Source of the DNA: Gammaproteobacteria bacterium Ga0077554
GTDB taxonomy: Bacteria > Pseudomonadota > Gammaproteobacteria > Ga0077554 > Ga007554
Assembly (NCBI GenBank): GCA_001464585.1
Contig: LNFF01000031.1
Coordinates: 67,148-131,147, forward strand
Reading direction: 5' to 3'
Length of the DNA stretch: 64,000 bases
This document shows, piece by piece, positions 49,714 through 60,817 of the stretch (within the stretch, counting starts at the first letter, position 1; the number at the start of each line of letters is the position of its first letter). The translations under genes and the position numbers were made by a program. Under the pieces are notes generated by a model, which was not told the DNA's origin, did not search any database, and saw only the letters and a list, made by a program, of their open reading frames with translations.

Positions 49714-50934
49714 TTGACTCCGACCATCAACACCGCGCGCCTGACCAATGGAGTGACCATTATCAGCTACACCCTGCCCACCGCACATAGCACGTCACTA
49801 GGCGTATGGATTTTTAACGGCGGGCGTCACCAGACGCCGATGCAAGTGGGCTATGCGCATCTGCTGGAACATGTGCTGTTCAAAGGCACTGGCACTCACA
49901 GCGCGCTGGCGCTGGCACGCCGTTTTGAAGCCATGGGGGGGCAGATTAATGCGCATACGGGGCGCGAGCTTACTGCTTTGCATGGCTTGGTGCCTAGCCA
50001 GTATATGGCTGAATTAGTTCAACTATTTGTCGGTATGCTGGTTAACCCGCGCTTTGATGAGCAAGATCTTGAAATCGAACGTGAGGTGGTGTTGCAGGAG
50101 GTGGCGATGATCGCCGACACTCCCGAAGAAGCCATCGAAGAAACCGCTGTGGAGCAGGCCTGGCCCGAGCATCCCCTGGGTTGGCCGATTCTGGGACGGG
50201 AGGCGGTCATCGCCAACGCCACCAGCGCCGCGCTACATGCTTATCTGCGCGATTTGCTGACAGGTGGTCGGCTGTGGGTGGTGGCGGCTGGGGCGGTCGA
50301 TCATGCTGCCCTGATACAGGCATGTGCGCCACTTGCTCATCTGCCCGCTGGCGGGGTGCCGCCGCTCTCCGCTCCCGACTTCAAGACAGGCCACAACCGC
50401 GCCCAGCAAGATCTGGCGCAAAGCCATCTGGTGTGGGCGATGAATGCTCCCGCAATCAATGACAGCGCGCGCTATCCTGCGCTGGTGGTCGCCAATCACC
50501 TGCTGGGCGGCGGTGCATCGTCGCGCTTATTTCAGGAAATCCGTGAACGGCGTGGCCTGGCTTATTCCATACAATCGCGTTTGGATTTATATTCCGACTG
50601 CGGCTTGTGGATGATTCAAACCGCCTGTGAGCCGGAACGCGTTGACGAATGCCGCCGTGCGGTGGAAGATACGCTGCAACAACTGATGCGTGATGGCCCC
50701 GCCGCCGATGAGCTGGAAATATCACGCGATCATTTGCGCGCCAGCATGTTGATTGCGGAAGACGACACTGAAGAGTGCATGGAACGATTGGCCCGTGAGG
50801 CGATCTATCAACAGCACCACTGGTCGATGGAGGAGCGTTTGGCGCAGTTAACGGCAGTGACACCGCAGGACATCAAGGATGTTTTGACGCATGCGTGGGC
50901 GCAGACGCTGCATCTGGAATGGTCGCCTGAATAA
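49714..50934 (+). CDS. M16-family zinc peptidase
   Basis: Inverted zincin AHLLEH, NA.T..E, SSRLFQEIRE.RGLAYS. Confidence 0.9.
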   Translation: MTPTINTARLTNGVTIISYTLPTAHSTSLGVWIFNGGRHQTPMQVGYAHLLEHVLFKGTGTHSALALARRFEAMGGQINAHTGRELTALHGLVPSQYMAELVQLFVGMLVNPRFDEQDLEIEREVVLQEVAMIADTPEEAIEETAVEQAWPEHPLGWPILGREAVIANATSAALHAYLRDLLTGGRLWVVAAGAVDHAALIQACAPLAHLPAGGVPPLSAPDFKTGHNRAQQDLAQSHLVWAMNAPAINDSARYPALVVANHLLGGGASSRLFQEIRERRGLAYSIQSRLDLYSDCGLWMIQTACEPERVDECRRAVEDTLQQLMRDGPAADELEISRDHLRASMLIAEDDTEECMERLAREAIYQQHHWSMEERLAQLTAVTPQDIKDVLTHAWAQTLHLEWSPE

Positions 50935-50946
50935 CCGGGAATTACC

Positions 50947-51696
50947 ATGATATTCAAACAATTATTCGAACCCAATTCATCAAGCTATACTTATTTGCTG
51001 GGCTGCCGTGACAGCGGGCAAGCGGTGCTCATTGACCCAGTACTGGAAACGGTAGAGCGGGATCAGCGTGTCATACAGGAACTCGGGCTGAAGCTCGCCT
51101 ATTGCGTAGAAACCCATATTCACGCCGACCATCTCACCGGCGCGCGCAAATTAAAATATTTGTTGGGCAGTAAAATCGCGGGGCCCGCACTGGATGGCAT
51201 GGCCTGCCGTGATGTTGGGCTGCGCGAAGGCGAACTGTTCCGCGTCGGCAGCATTGTAATCCGCCCGCTGTTCACACCTGGCCACACCGACACGCATCAC
51301 GCTTATTTGCTCGACAATGGCACGCACACGCTGCTGTTTACGGGCGATGCGTTATTGATTGATAGCTGCGGGCGCACTGACTTTCAAAGCGGTGATGCCG
51401 CTACACTTTACGAATCAATCCATAAAAAATTCTTTACCCTGCCCGACGAAACCCTGGTGTATCCCGCACATGATTACAACCAGCGGCAAATATCCACCAT
51501 CGGCCAGGAAAAAATCCGTAATCCGCGCATTGGCGGAAAAACCGAGCAGGAGTTTGTCAGTCTCATGCAGAATCTGAATTTACCTTATCCGAAAAAAATG
51601 GAATTCGCCGTACCCGGCAATCTGAGTTGCGGCGAATGCCCGCCGAATGTGCCAGAGGAATTTAAAGGGCCGTGCGAGGTTAGCGAGCAGGGGTAA
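50947..51696 (+). CDS. MBL-fold persulfide dioxygenase (ETHE1/Sdo-like)
   Basis: SSYTYLL, ETHIHADH, TPGHT, CGRTDFQ, VYPAHDY, NPR. Confidence 0.85.
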   Translation: MIFKQLFEPNSSSYTYLLGCRDSGQAVLIDPVLETVERDQRVIQELGLKLAYCVETHIHADHLTGARKLKYLLGSKIAGPALDGMACRDVGLREGELFRVGSIVIRPLFTPGHTDTHHAYLLDNGTHTLLFTGDALLIDSCGRTDFQSGDAATLYESIHKKFFTLPDETLVYPAHDYNQRQISTIGQEKIRNPRIGGKTEQEFVSLMQNLNLPYPKKMEFAVPGNLSCGECPPNVPEEFKGPCEVSEQG

Positions 51697-51710
51697 ATCA
51701 ACAGTGAAAT

Positions 51711-52118
51711 TTATTCGCTCTCTGGCGGCACAACTTTCGGCTTGCGGTTTTCGTCAATCGCCACGTAGGTGAGTGTGGCTTCGGTGACTTTCGCAATGTG
51801 CAATCCCTGTGGGTTGATTCGCTCCGCATAAACATCCACGCTCACCGTCAGCGAAGTGCGTCCCACCTTAATGACATCCGCATAACAGCTAATTACATCG
51901 CCAACAAATGTTGGCTCATGGAATTGCACGGAATTTATGGCGACAGTTACCACATGGCAACGCGCACGACGGTACGCGGCGATACTCCCAGCGATGTCAA
52001 TTTGGGAAACCATCCAGCCACCAAAAATATCACCCGCCGCATTGGTGTCAGACGGCATGGGAGTTAAACGCAGGGTGGGTTGACGATCTTGTGGCAGCAT
52101 GGTCTTTTCAGCGTCCAT
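51711..52118 (-). CDS. Acyl-CoA thioesterase (YciA-like hotdog fold)
   Basis: P.DTN..GDIFGGW..SQ.D.AG, GRTS..V.V.V. Confidence 0.9.
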   Translation of the reverse strand: MDAEKTMLPQDRQPTLRLTPMPSDTNAAGDIFGGWMVSQIDIAGSIAAYRRARCHVVTVAINSVQFHEPTFVGDVISCYADVIKVGRTSLTVSVDVYAERINPQGLHIAKVTEATLTYVAIDENRKPKVVPPESE

Positions 52119-53923
52119 TAATGTCCTTCATAAAGTTTTTCCACCAGACCGCTATAACGCGTCATCACCAGATTGCGGCGTACTTTAAGCGTCGGCGTGA
52201 GCAGTCCATTTTCCACAGTCCACGGCTCCAGGCTCAAGGCGATGCGCCGCACCTGGGCATACGCATGGAAACTGCGCAACTGTGCGCTTAATCTTTCCAG
52301 CACGGCATCGCAGGCGCGCTTATCTTGCAGCAGCTTGGCATCCAGCCCCAGCGTGCTGGCTACTGCCGACCATTGCTCTGCATTAAGCACTGCCAATGCA
52401 GCCAGATAAGGCCGGCCTTCGCCAATCACCATGACTTGTTCAAACAGGGGATCCAGCGCAATCGCCAGCTCCATATCCGCAGGCGGTACTTTTTCGCCGT
52501 TGGCCATAACTATAATATCTTTAAGGCGGCCAGTAATATAAATATGATTGTTTTCGATGCGCGCCTTGTCGCCGGTGTGTAGCCAACCTTCAGCATCAAT
52601 AATTTTGGCAGTGGCCTCGGGGTTACCCCAGTAACCTAGCATGACACTGGCACTTTTGGTTAGCAGCTCGTCGTTTTCACCAATGCGCACTTGTATGCCC
52701 TGTAATGGTGTCCCGACACCTATCGGGTCATTATTATCGAGCCGATTGCCACTGATTACGGGGCTGGTTTCAGTCAGGCCATAACCCAGTGTCAACGGCA
52801 AGCCAAAACCGAGAAATACTTTGGCGATCGGCATAGACAACGGCGCGCCGCCACACACCGCCAGGCGCACACGCCCGCCTAATTTTGCCATGACTTTGCT
52901 GGCCACCAATTTATTCAACACCGGCCACAACAAATGGCTGGGACGATTAGGGCCGCGCCCCTGCAAGTATTGAAAACGTGACCAGCCGACTTCAACCGCC
53001 AGATTAAACAGTTTTTGCGCCAGCGGTGATTTCGCATCCATCTGCGCTTTAATCTTGCCATAAACTCTTTCGAAAATACGCGGCACGGACACTATCGCGG
53101 TGGGACGTAGCGTCAACAAATCTTCGGCAAGCACCGGAATGCCGCGCGCATACGCCACAGTAGCGCCACACATCATCGGCGAATAGTAGCCCACGGTACG
53201 TTCAAAGGTATGGCATAGCGGCAAAAATGATAAAAACAAATCGTCGGGATAGGCAGGAAATCCTTCTACACATCCAACAACATTTGAAAGGATATTATTA
53301 TGACTGAGCATCACGCCTTTGGGGCGGCCAGTGGTGCCCGAGGTGTAGACGATGGTGGCGAGCGCGTCGGGGGCGGCATCGCGCGCAATCAACTCACCAC
53401 CCGCTTCAGGCAACCATTCCATAGCTGTTTTCAGGCGTGGTTCATGCGTATCCACAATCGGCTGCAAGCTGACAATGCGTTGTAAACCTTGCAACTGATC
53501 CTTAATTTCTTGTGGAACTTCTGACAGAGTGCGCCAATGTTCCGCGCCCTCAATAACCAGCAAACGCACGCCAGCATTTTGCACGATATAGGCAATATTG
53601 TCGGCGCGGTCATTTGGATAAAGCGGCACTACCACCAAACCTAAACCCAATGCCGCCTGCTCGAACATCACCCATTCACGGCAATTGCGTAACAACATCG
53701 CCACGCGCTCACCGGGTTGCAATCCTTCATGCAGCAAGGCATGTTGCCAACGCGCCACCCATGCAGCCATTTCTGCCCATGAGGTATCTTTCCATGATTT
53801 GCTGGATTCCTCGAAATAACGATACGCAATCGCATTGGGGCTGCGCCGGACACGCTCGCGGAACAGACCCGCCAAGGTGTGGGCGGTTTCAAAGGGGATA
53901 ATGTCACTGGTATGGTATGCCAT
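52118..53923 (-). CDS. Long-chain fatty acid--CoA ligase
   Basis: YTSGTTGRPKGVMLSH, GYGLTET, GWLHTGD, LTPTLKVRR. Confidence 0.92.
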   Translation of the reverse strand: MAYHTSDIIPFETAHTLAGLFRERVRRSPNAIAYRYFEESSKSWKDTSWAEMAAWVARWQHALLHEGLQPGERVAMLLRNCREWVMFEQAALGLGLVVVPLYPNDRADNIAYIVQNAGVRLLVIEGAEHWRTLSEVPQEIKDQLQGLQRIVSLQPIVDTHEPRLKTAMEWLPEAGGELIARDAAPDALATIVYTSGTTGRPKGVMLSHNNILSNVVGCVEGFPAYPDDLFLSFLPLCHTFERTVGYYSPMMCGATVAYARGIPVLAEDLLTLRPTAIVSVPRIFERVYGKIKAQMDAKSPLAQKLFNLAVEVGWSRFQYLQGRGPNRPSHLLWPVLNKLVASKVMAKLGGRVRLAVCGGAPLSMPIAKVFLGFGLPLTLGYGLTETSPVISGNRLDNNDPIGVGTPLQGIQVRIGENDELLTKSASVMLGYWGNPEATAKIIDAEGWLHTGDKARIENNHIYITGRLKDIIVMANGEKVPPADMELAIALDPLFEQVMVIGEGRPYLAALAVLNAEQWSAVASTLGLDAKLLQDKRACDAVLERLSAQLRSFHAYAQVRRIALSLEPWTVENGLLTPTLKVRRNLVMTRYSGLVEKLYEGH

Positions 53924-53925
53924 AA

Positions 53926-55974
53926 CTATAACTCCGCCCATTCCGCATCGGCCACAAAACGCTTGCCGTAATGTTGCTCCAGCTCATGCAGTTTTTTGCG
54001 CTGGATGTCGACACCGGCTTCCTGCACATAATTGATTGGCCCACCCCGGAACGGCGCAAAGCCCGTGCCAAAAATAATACCCGCATCCAGCAGATCGGCA
54101 TCCGCCACCACACCTTCACGCAAACACGCGGCGGCTTCATTGAGTAAACGCAGCATCAGTCGCTCGGCAATATCGGCAGGTGGTGTATAACCGGGCTTGG
54201 CGCGCGGAATCTGCGGCTTGTCGCCGTGATAGGTATAAAACCCTTGCCCGCTCTTTACGCCCAATCGGCCTGCGCTCACCAATTCACGCAAGCGCGGCGG
54301 CACGTCAACATTAAGACGCTGTGATAATATTTCTGCCACCGACAAACAAATATCCAGACCCACTGTATCAGCAAGGCGAATCGGCCCCATCGGCATACCG
54401 AAATCCAGCGCCGCTTTGTCAATCATTGCCGCTGGTACACCTTCCCACTCCATGGTGACAGCTTCCAGCAGATAAGGCATGAGAACGCGATTCACCAGGA
54501 AGCCCGGCGAGCTCTTGACTGGCAAGGGCAAGCGATCAATATGCCGCACAAATGCAGCGGCCTGACGCGTCACCACCGGATCGGTAATGAAGCTGCTGAC
54601 CACTTCCACCAGTTGCATTTGCGCGACTGGATTGAAGAAGTGTATACCGACCAGACGACTGGGCTTTGCCAGGGCTTCACTCAAAATCTCCAGAGGGATG
54701 CTGGAGGTATTGGTCGCCAGCAAAGCGCCCGCTTTCATTTTCGGCTCAATCTCACGGTATAAAGCCTGCTTTGCCAGAATGTCTTCGAAAATGGCTTCAA
54801 TCACCACATCGGCATGGCTGACGCCGACACCTTTGTCATCCGGGATCAGGCGATCCATGGCGGCCTGTATCAAACGTGGTTGCTTAAAGCGTTTTTTAAA
54901 CAGCGCGTACGCACGCTTGATGACTTTTGCCATGGCATCATGGCGCGTCTCCTGCACTGTTACGCGCAGGCCTTGCAGGGCGCACCAGATGGCAATATCA
55001 CCGCCCATCACGCCGCCACCAATTACATGCACATGCTGCGGTGCAATCAGTGTTTTTTTGCCGAGTGATTTGAGGCGTTCCTGCAGGAAAAACACCCGCA
55101 CCAGATTATGCGCGGTTTTACCCAACACAAAACGTGCGACTGATGCCGCTTCTTCTTCCATCATTTTTACAGGGTCGTGGGCGTGTTTCACCCACAGATC
55201 TATGAGCGCATAAGGTGCGGGGTAATGCGCTTCGCTGGCTTTTTCCGCAACGCGATGACGCATCGCGCTCGCCAATATGTTTCTTATGAAGCCTTTGTTG
55301 GTCAGCGACTGAATGAAGCCGGGGCGATGCGGTGCGGGCGGGTTCATGATCACAGACATTGCGGCACGCTTGAGGTGGCGCGCGGGAACCGCATAATCAA
55401 TCAAACCGATTTTTTTTGCGGTGCGTGCATCAATGGTTTTTCCGGTCAACATCAAATCCATCGCTGCCGGTGCGCCAATCAATGGCGGCAAACGTACCGT
55501 GCCACCGAACCCGGGATGAATGCCCAATTTAATTTCAGGCAAGCCTAAACGCGTACGTGGATCTTCATCTGCGATGCGATAACGGCACGCCAGCGCCAGT
55601 TCCATGCCGCCACCCAGACAAAACCCGTGGATCAGCGCCACGGTAGGACATTTTAATTCTGCCAGGCGATTCATGGCGCGCTGTCCGCGCCGCAACAACA
55701 CCAGCGCCTCGGCAGTTTCTTTCAGGGGAACAAACTCTTTGACATCGGCGCCTGCAATAAAACCATTCGGCTTGTCTGACAAGACAATCACGCCGCGCGG
55801 CAATTCGTAAGTCAATTTTTCCAGAATTTCATTCAGCTCATCCAGCACGCTCGAAGAAAGTACATTGGCGCTGTTATTGGAATTGGTGCTGCCAACGTCT
55901 ATATGGAGCCACACAATAGCGTCATTATCACGCTCAACGTGCCAATGTTTATAGGCTGGCTGGTTCATTGCCAT
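53926..55974 (-). CDS. Fatty-acid oxidation complex alpha subunit (enoyl-CoA hydratase / 3-hydroxyacyl-CoA dehydrogenase, FadJ-like)
   Basis: FIAGAD, GGG.ELALAC, GGGVMG, ATNTSS, HFFNP. Confidence 0.9.
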   Translation of the reverse strand: MAMNQPAYKHWHVERDNDAIVWLHIDVGSTNSNNSANVLSSSVLDELNEILEKLTYELPRGVIVLSDKPNGFIAGADVKEFVPLKETAEALVLLRRGQRAMNRLAELKCPTVALIHGFCLGGGMELALACRYRIADEDPRTRLGLPEIKLGIHPGFGGTVRLPPLIGAPAAMDLMLTGKTIDARTAKKIGLIDYAVPARHLKRAAMSVIMNPPAPHRPGFIQSLTNKGFIRNILASAMRHRVAEKASEAHYPAPYALIDLWVKHAHDPVKMMEEEAASVARFVLGKTAHNLVRVFFLQERLKSLGKKTLIAPQHVHVIGGGVMGGDIAIWCALQGLRVTVQETRHDAMAKVIKRAYALFKKRFKQPRLIQAAMDRLIPDDKGVGVSHADVVIEAIFEDILAKQALYREIEPKMKAGALLATNTSSIPLEILSEALAKPSRLVGIHFFNPVAQMQLVEVVSSFITDPVVTRQAAAFVRHIDRLPLPVKSSPGFLVNRVLMPYLLEAVTMEWEGVPAAMIDKAALDFGMPMGPIRLADTVGLDICLSVAEILSQRLNVDVPPRLRELVSAGRLGVKSGQGFYTYHGDKPQIPRAKPGYTPPADIAERLMLRLLNEAAACLREGVVADADLLDAGIIFGTGFAPFRGGPINYVQEAGVDIQRKKLHELEQHYGKRFVADAEWAEL

Positions 55975-57347
55975 TACTCCCTTCCACTTTCAACTAGCAT
56001 GGCGCCACCCTGGCCACCACCGATACATAAACTGGCCATGCCGCGACGGGTTTTGGTTCGCTTCAGCACATTCAGCAAATGCAAGACAATGCGCGCGCCA
56101 CTGGCGCCGACGGGATGTCCGAGGCTTACGCCACCGCCATCAACATTCAGCCTGGCGAGGTCGATTTCACCGAAGGCACGATCGAGCCCTAATTCTGTGC
56201 GGCAATAATCACTGTCTTTCCACGCTTCCAGGCATGCCAATACTTGCGCAGCAAACGCTTCATTGATTTCCCAGTAGTCAATATCCTGAATCGCAAGGCC
56301 ATGCCGTTGCATGATCGGCGCCATGGAATGCGCAGGGCCCAAGCCCATTTGCGCTGGCTCCAGGCCCGCCCACTGAACATCAATAATCCGCCCCAACACC
56401 GGCAGTTTATATTTTTCAACAGCCTCCGCACTGGCTAAAATCAGCAGCGCGGCGCCGTCAGTAATCTGCGCGCTGTTACCCGCCGTGACATTACCAAAGT
56501 GACGATCGAACACTGGCTTGAGTTTGGCCATTTTTGCCATGTCATCCTCGTGGTCTTTGCCGCGGCGCAAACCATCATCATGCTCGTAAGCATGACCCTG
56601 GGTATCGTAAAGGGTTTCGATTTCCCCGAGCAATTTGTCATCTTGCGCTTTGGCAAGCCGGCGATGGCTTTCCAGCGCAAAGGCATCCATACGTTCACGG
56701 CTGATATTAAAGCGATGCGCGAGATTTTCGGCGGTTTGACCCATGGACAGGCCGACAACAGGGTCCGTAAGGCCGCGCAATAAGCCGATGATGGGTTTGA
56801 AATGTCCCGCACGTAATTTACTTAATGCCGCCAGGCGCGCGCCGAAATTACGCTCGGCACTCCACTCGCCGAGCCACGTTACCATGTCGTTATTGAGCAA
56901 GACGGGGGCATGGCTCATCGCCTCTACACCGCCTGCCAGAATCAAGTGTGCGCGCCCCAATGCAATATTGCGCGCGGCACAATCCAGCGCCTGCATCCCG
57001 GAAGCGCAATTGCGCTGCACCGTCCACGCCGGAACATGTTTGCCACACCCCAGACGTAGCGCAACCACGCGTGCGATATTTGCTTCATCCGGGCCGGGCA
57101 TGACGCAACCGAGAATGACTTCGTCGAAATCACTGGGTTGAAAATTTTGGCGCATCAATAAAGGACGCCCCGCGCCAATGGCAAGATCAGCCGCCTGGAA
57201 AGGCCCCGGCTTGTTCTTTGCCTTTAACTGCGGCGTGCGGCTACCGTCAACTACATATACCGTTTTGCCGGTTTGGCCAATTTTGCCGGGCTTATCGGCT
57301 TGGTCGGATCGACTTGATCGACCGGGGCCGTCTGTTCCGTTGGACAT
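55974..57347 (-). CDS. Acetyl-CoA C-acyltransferase (thiolase, FadI-like)
   Basis: NCASG, NEAFA, GHPVGASG, CIGGGQG. Confidence 0.92.
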   Translation of the reverse strand: MSNGTDGPGRSSRSDQADKPGKIGQTGKTVYVVDGSRTPQLKAKNKPGPFQAADLAIGAGRPLLMRQNFQPSDFDEVILGCVMPGPDEANIARVVALRLGCGKHVPAWTVQRNCASGMQALDCAARNIALGRAHLILAGGVEAMSHAPVLLNNDMVTWLGEWSAERNFGARLAALSKLRAGHFKPIIGLLRGLTDPVVGLSMGQTAENLAHRFNISRERMDAFALESHRRLAKAQDDKLLGEIETLYDTQGHAYEHDDGLRRGKDHEDDMAKMAKLKPVFDRHFGNVTAGNSAQITDGAALLILASAEAVEKYKLPVLGRIIDVQWAGLEPAQMGLGPAHSMAPIMQRHGLAIQDIDYWEINEAFAAQVLACLEAWKDSDYCRTELGLDRAFGEIDLARLNVDGGGVSLGHPVGASGARIVLHLLNVLKRTKTRRGMASLCIGGGQGGAMLVESGRE

Positions 57348-59785
57348 TCTACTTTCTCCCTTCGCCAGTAGTCTTGCGTGAAATCATCTACTTTAATCAC
57401 TTCCCTGCGCGCAGCAATGGCATCATACATCAATTGAGCTTCTTCTTCCGTAATAACACCCAGCTTGATGCCAGCCTGCACACGCGGTGTTTCATCATTG
57501 CCGCTGTATCCGCCCGGCCCGAGTCCGATGCGTAATTTTTTCTCTGTAACCTCTGCGGCAATCGCTTTATTTAGCGCATCTTCCAAGCGGCCTAATGGCT
57601 CATTGAGTGAGGCAGGAACATACAAGCCCGCAGTCAAACGATCCCGCGCCTCTGAAGGTTGCAGTAACACGCCTGCCACTTCATGACCCAATGCATCACG
57701 TGGTGCGGCATAGGGTTTGCCCAGCGGGAATATCAGCCTGCGCAATATCCACGCGACCGGACGGCTGGGGAGGTTATGTAATATTCCATCCAGTGCATTC
57801 TGGATGTTGCACAAGGCATCCTGACACGCCCATTGCACCATGGGCAGATCACTGTCGGGCCGCCCCTGATTGACAAAGCGCTTTAACACGGTGGAGGCAA
57901 GATACAGATGGCTCAACACATCGGCCAGTCGCCCTGAAATTTTTTCCCGCCGCTTTAATGAACCGCCCGCCACCAGCATGGCTGCGTCGGCTACCAAGGC
58001 AAACGCTGCGCTCATGCGGGTGAGTTGCTTATAGTAATGCTCTTCCGGGCCAGATACTGGCACAAACACAAAGCGCGCGCCACTGATGCCCAGCCAGAAT
58101 GCACCGGCTGCATTGCTCATGGTAAAACCTATGTGGCTGAACAATGCGTCATCAAATTTCAAGGAAGCCTGATGCGCATCCGGCTCTGCCGCCGCCTGCA
58201 TTTCCTTGATCACATACGGATGGCAGCGTATTGCACCCTGGCCAAAAATAATCAGACTGCGTGTAAGAATATTCGCGCCTTCAACGGTGATGCCAATCGG
58301 AATGGATTGATAGATGCGTCCCAGCAAATTGCGCGGCCCCATGCAGATACCGCTGCCGCCCTGTATATCCATCGCATCATTTACCACCTTTCTCATGCAC
58401 TCTGTCAGGTGATATTTGACGATGGCGGACACTACAGAAGGTTTCTCACCCAGATCTATTGCGCCTGCGGTCATGGTGCGCGCCGCATCCATCATGTAAG
58501 TGTAACCTGCCATACGCGCCAGCACTTCTTCGACACCTTCAAAGCGGCCGATGGAGGTTTTGAATTGTTTGCGGACGCGAGCATACGCACCCGTGGCGCG
58601 GCATCCCATTTTGCCCGCGCCTGTTGACAGTGCCGGCAATGAAATGGAGCGCCCTGCCGCCAGGCATTCCATTAACATGCGCCACCCTTGCCCCGCGCGC
58701 TTCGGCCCACCAATAATCCAGTCCACGGGAATGAACACATCCTTGCCGCTGTTAGGTCCATTCTGAAAAGGAATGTTGAGAGGGAAATGCCGATTGCCAA
58801 TCACCACGCCGGGAGTCTTGGTGGGAATTAACGCGCAGGTAATACCAACGTCACTTCTGTCCCCCAGCAAGCGATCTGGATCATAGAGTTTAAAGGCCAG
58901 CCCCAACACCGTCGCCACTGGCCCCAGGGTGATATAACGCTTGTCCCAATTCAGGCGTATGCCAATTATTTCTTTACCCTCAAAGGTACCGCGACACACC
59001 ACCCCGCTATCCGGCATTGAGCTGGCATCACTGCCCGCTTCTGGGCCAGTCAAGGCAAAGCAGGGGACTTCTTCACCGCGCGCCAGGCGTGGCAAATAAT
59101 AATTTTTTTGCTCATCCGTACCGTAATGCAGCAGCAATTCGGCAGGCCCCAATGAATTGGGCACCATGACAGTCACAGCGGCCGTGACGCTGCGGCTGGA
59201 AATTTTCATGACGACTTCTGAATGGGCCAGCGCGGAGAATTCCAGGCCACCGTATTGTTTCGGAATAATCATGCCGAAAAAGCGCTTATCCTTGATGAAC
59301 TGCCAGACGTGCGGCGGTAGGTCATGCAGTTCTTCGGTGATTTCCCAATCATTCAGCATGCGGCACAATTCTTCAGCTGGCCCATCCAGAAAAGCCTGCT
59401 CCTCTGCGCTGAGCTGTGGCGTGGGAATAGTCAGCAATTTGAGCCAGTCCGGATTGCCGCTGAACAATTCACCGTCCCACCACACGGTGCCTGCTTCCAG
59501 CGCATCGCGCTCGGTTTTTGACATGGGCGGCAACGCGGTGCGAAACAGCGGCAGCACACGATTGCTAATCCACGCGCGGCGCAGTTTGGGTACGTTGAGA
59601 AAAAGGGCCGTGACAATAAAGGTAGACCAGAGTAACGCTATGACGGCGGGTGAAGGTGTATCAAGCACCGTCCATAAAATGGGTACTCCTGATACAATCA
59701 CCGTTGCAATAATTAAAGGCACCCGCATGTATGCCAGCAGGCCTATCATGGCTACCAGCAATCCTATCCAGAAAAATGACATCAT
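57251..59785 (-). CDS. fadE: Acyl-CoA dehydrogenase FadE
   Basis: MS.TE..ALEAG.VWW, VPNSLGP.ELL, FALT.PEAGSDA, ITVEGANILTR, VI.VDDF. Confidence 0.93.
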   Translation of the reverse strand: MMSFFWIGLLVAMIGLLAYMRVPLIIATVIVSGVPILWTVLDTPSPAVIALLWSTFIVTALFLNVPKLRRAWISNRVLPLFRTALPPMSKTERDALEAGTVWWDGELFSGNPDWLKLLTIPTPQLSAEEQAFLDGPAEELCRMLNDWEITEELHDLPPHVWQFIKDKRFFGMIIPKQYGGLEFSALAHSEVVMKISSRSVTAAVTVMVPNSLGPAELLLHYGTDEQKNYYLPRLARGEEVPCFALTGPEAGSDASSMPDSGVVCRGTFEGKEIIGIRLNWDKRYITLGPVATVLGLAFKLYDPDRLLGDRSDVGITCALIPTKTPGVVIGNRHFPLNIPFQNGPNSGKDVFIPVDWIIGGPKRAGQGWRMLMECLAAGRSISLPALSTGAGKMGCRATGAYARVRKQFKTSIGRFEGVEEVLARMAGYTYMMDAARTMTAGAIDLGEKPSVVSAIVKYHLTECMRKVVNDAMDIQGGSGICMGPRNLLGRIYQSIPIGITVEGANILTRSLIIFGQGAIRCHPYVIKEMQAAAEPDAHQASLKFDDALFSHIGFTMSNAAGAFWLGISGARFVFVPVSGPEEHYYKQLTRMSAAFALVADAAMLVAGGSLKRREKISGRLADVLSHLYLASTVLKRFVNQGRPDSDLPMVQWACQDALCNIQNALDGILHNLPSRPVAWILRRLIFPLGKPYAAPRDALGHEVAGVLLQPSEARDRLTAGLYVPASLNEPLGRLEDALNKAIAAEVTEKKLRIGLGPGGYSGNDETPRVQAGIKLGVITEEEAQLMYDAIAARREVIKVDDFTQDYWRREKVECPTEQTAPVDQVDPTKPISPAKLAKPAKRYM

Positions 59786-59803
59786 CTCCTGTTCACTCCC
59801 AGA

Positions 59804-60817
59804 TTATTCACGACCTACTCCTAAAACAACTTTATGCTTTTTTATGCGACGGCTTGCGCCACGATGCCTGGCACGCACATGGCGCCAGTTCAACGCATGT
59901 CGTGAAATATCGTCATCTTTCACATCACTTTTCATATAATAAGGCAAAATAGAATCCCGGGTAACATCCGGAAGGAAACATTCATGCTCATCATTACAGA
60001 TCGTACCGTGCTTATCCCAGGGCAGATGACGATAAGCGCCAATATCATCCATTGCCACTACAGAAAATTTCACACTATCAAAATAAGGTGAATAATCAAA
60101 ATCCCGTGGCGTACATAAGCGGGGATTGCGCGGATAAAACCGCAATCCGCCATCATCACTGCGATGCACCACCGGCCTGACCGGAAAATGTACTGAGTCA
60201 AACGCTGCTGCGATCAGTGTGGAGCATATTGTGCGCTCAGACAAGTTTGTACCAATCTCAAACAATGTTGAACCTAAGCGTCGCGGTAACCAGGCGTGCG
60301 GCGACATCCAGCGCGCCAGATCAAACAATTGACGTATATCATACTGCACCCCCAGATGACGCGCCGCAAACCGCAACACCCGTGAAGCATCATCGGACGA
60401 CAAGCCGCGCGGCTGGCACACGCGCATATTCATCCCACGGTATTTACGTAGCGGCTCGATAATAATTCCTTGTCCGATTAATCCCTCGATGATTAACGGC
60501 TCATCCAGACTTAACGGCTTGGCCAAATTTAACGGCGCAGCCTGGCTTTCCTGATAATGCCGCTGAATATGCTGCCGCAGCACGGCATCGCCAATCTCAC
60601 AGAGACGCCCAACGTATAACGCAGAGTGTGTCCACTGGCTTTGTGTAATATTTTTTATAAAATGGCTAAGGCGGGTATTCCCCTCGACTAAGATCACGTC
60701 GGCCGGACGCAATGCGCGGCTCAATCGATCAAAGTCACACAGAGGCACCGCTGAAGCAGTTTCTTCTTCCCTCAACCAGCCGATAAATTTTTCTTTCAGC
60801 CAGCCTGACATGCTCAC
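59804..60817 (-). CDS. YiiX/YebB-like permuted NlpC/P60 cysteine hydrolase
   Basis: DV.LVEG, QSQWTHSALY (His) precedes ICSTLIA (Cys); PRDFDYSPYF. Confidence 0.75.
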   Translation of the reverse strand: MSMSGWLKEKFIGWLREEETASAVPLCDFDRLSRALRPADVILVEGNTRLSHFIKNITQSQWTHSALYVGRLCEIGDAVLRQHIQRHYQESQAAPLNLAKPLSLDEPLIIEGLIGQGIIIEPLRKYRGMNMRVCQPRGLSSDDASRVLRFAARHLGVQYDIRQLFDLARWMSPHAWLPRRLGSTLFEIGTNLSERTICSTLIAAAFDSVHFPVRPVVHRSDDGGLRFYPRNPRLCTPRDFDYSPYFDSVKFSVVAMDDIGAYRHLPWDKHGTICNDEHECFLPDVTRDSILPYYMKSDVKDDDISRHALNWRHVRARHRGASRRIKKHKVVLGVGRE

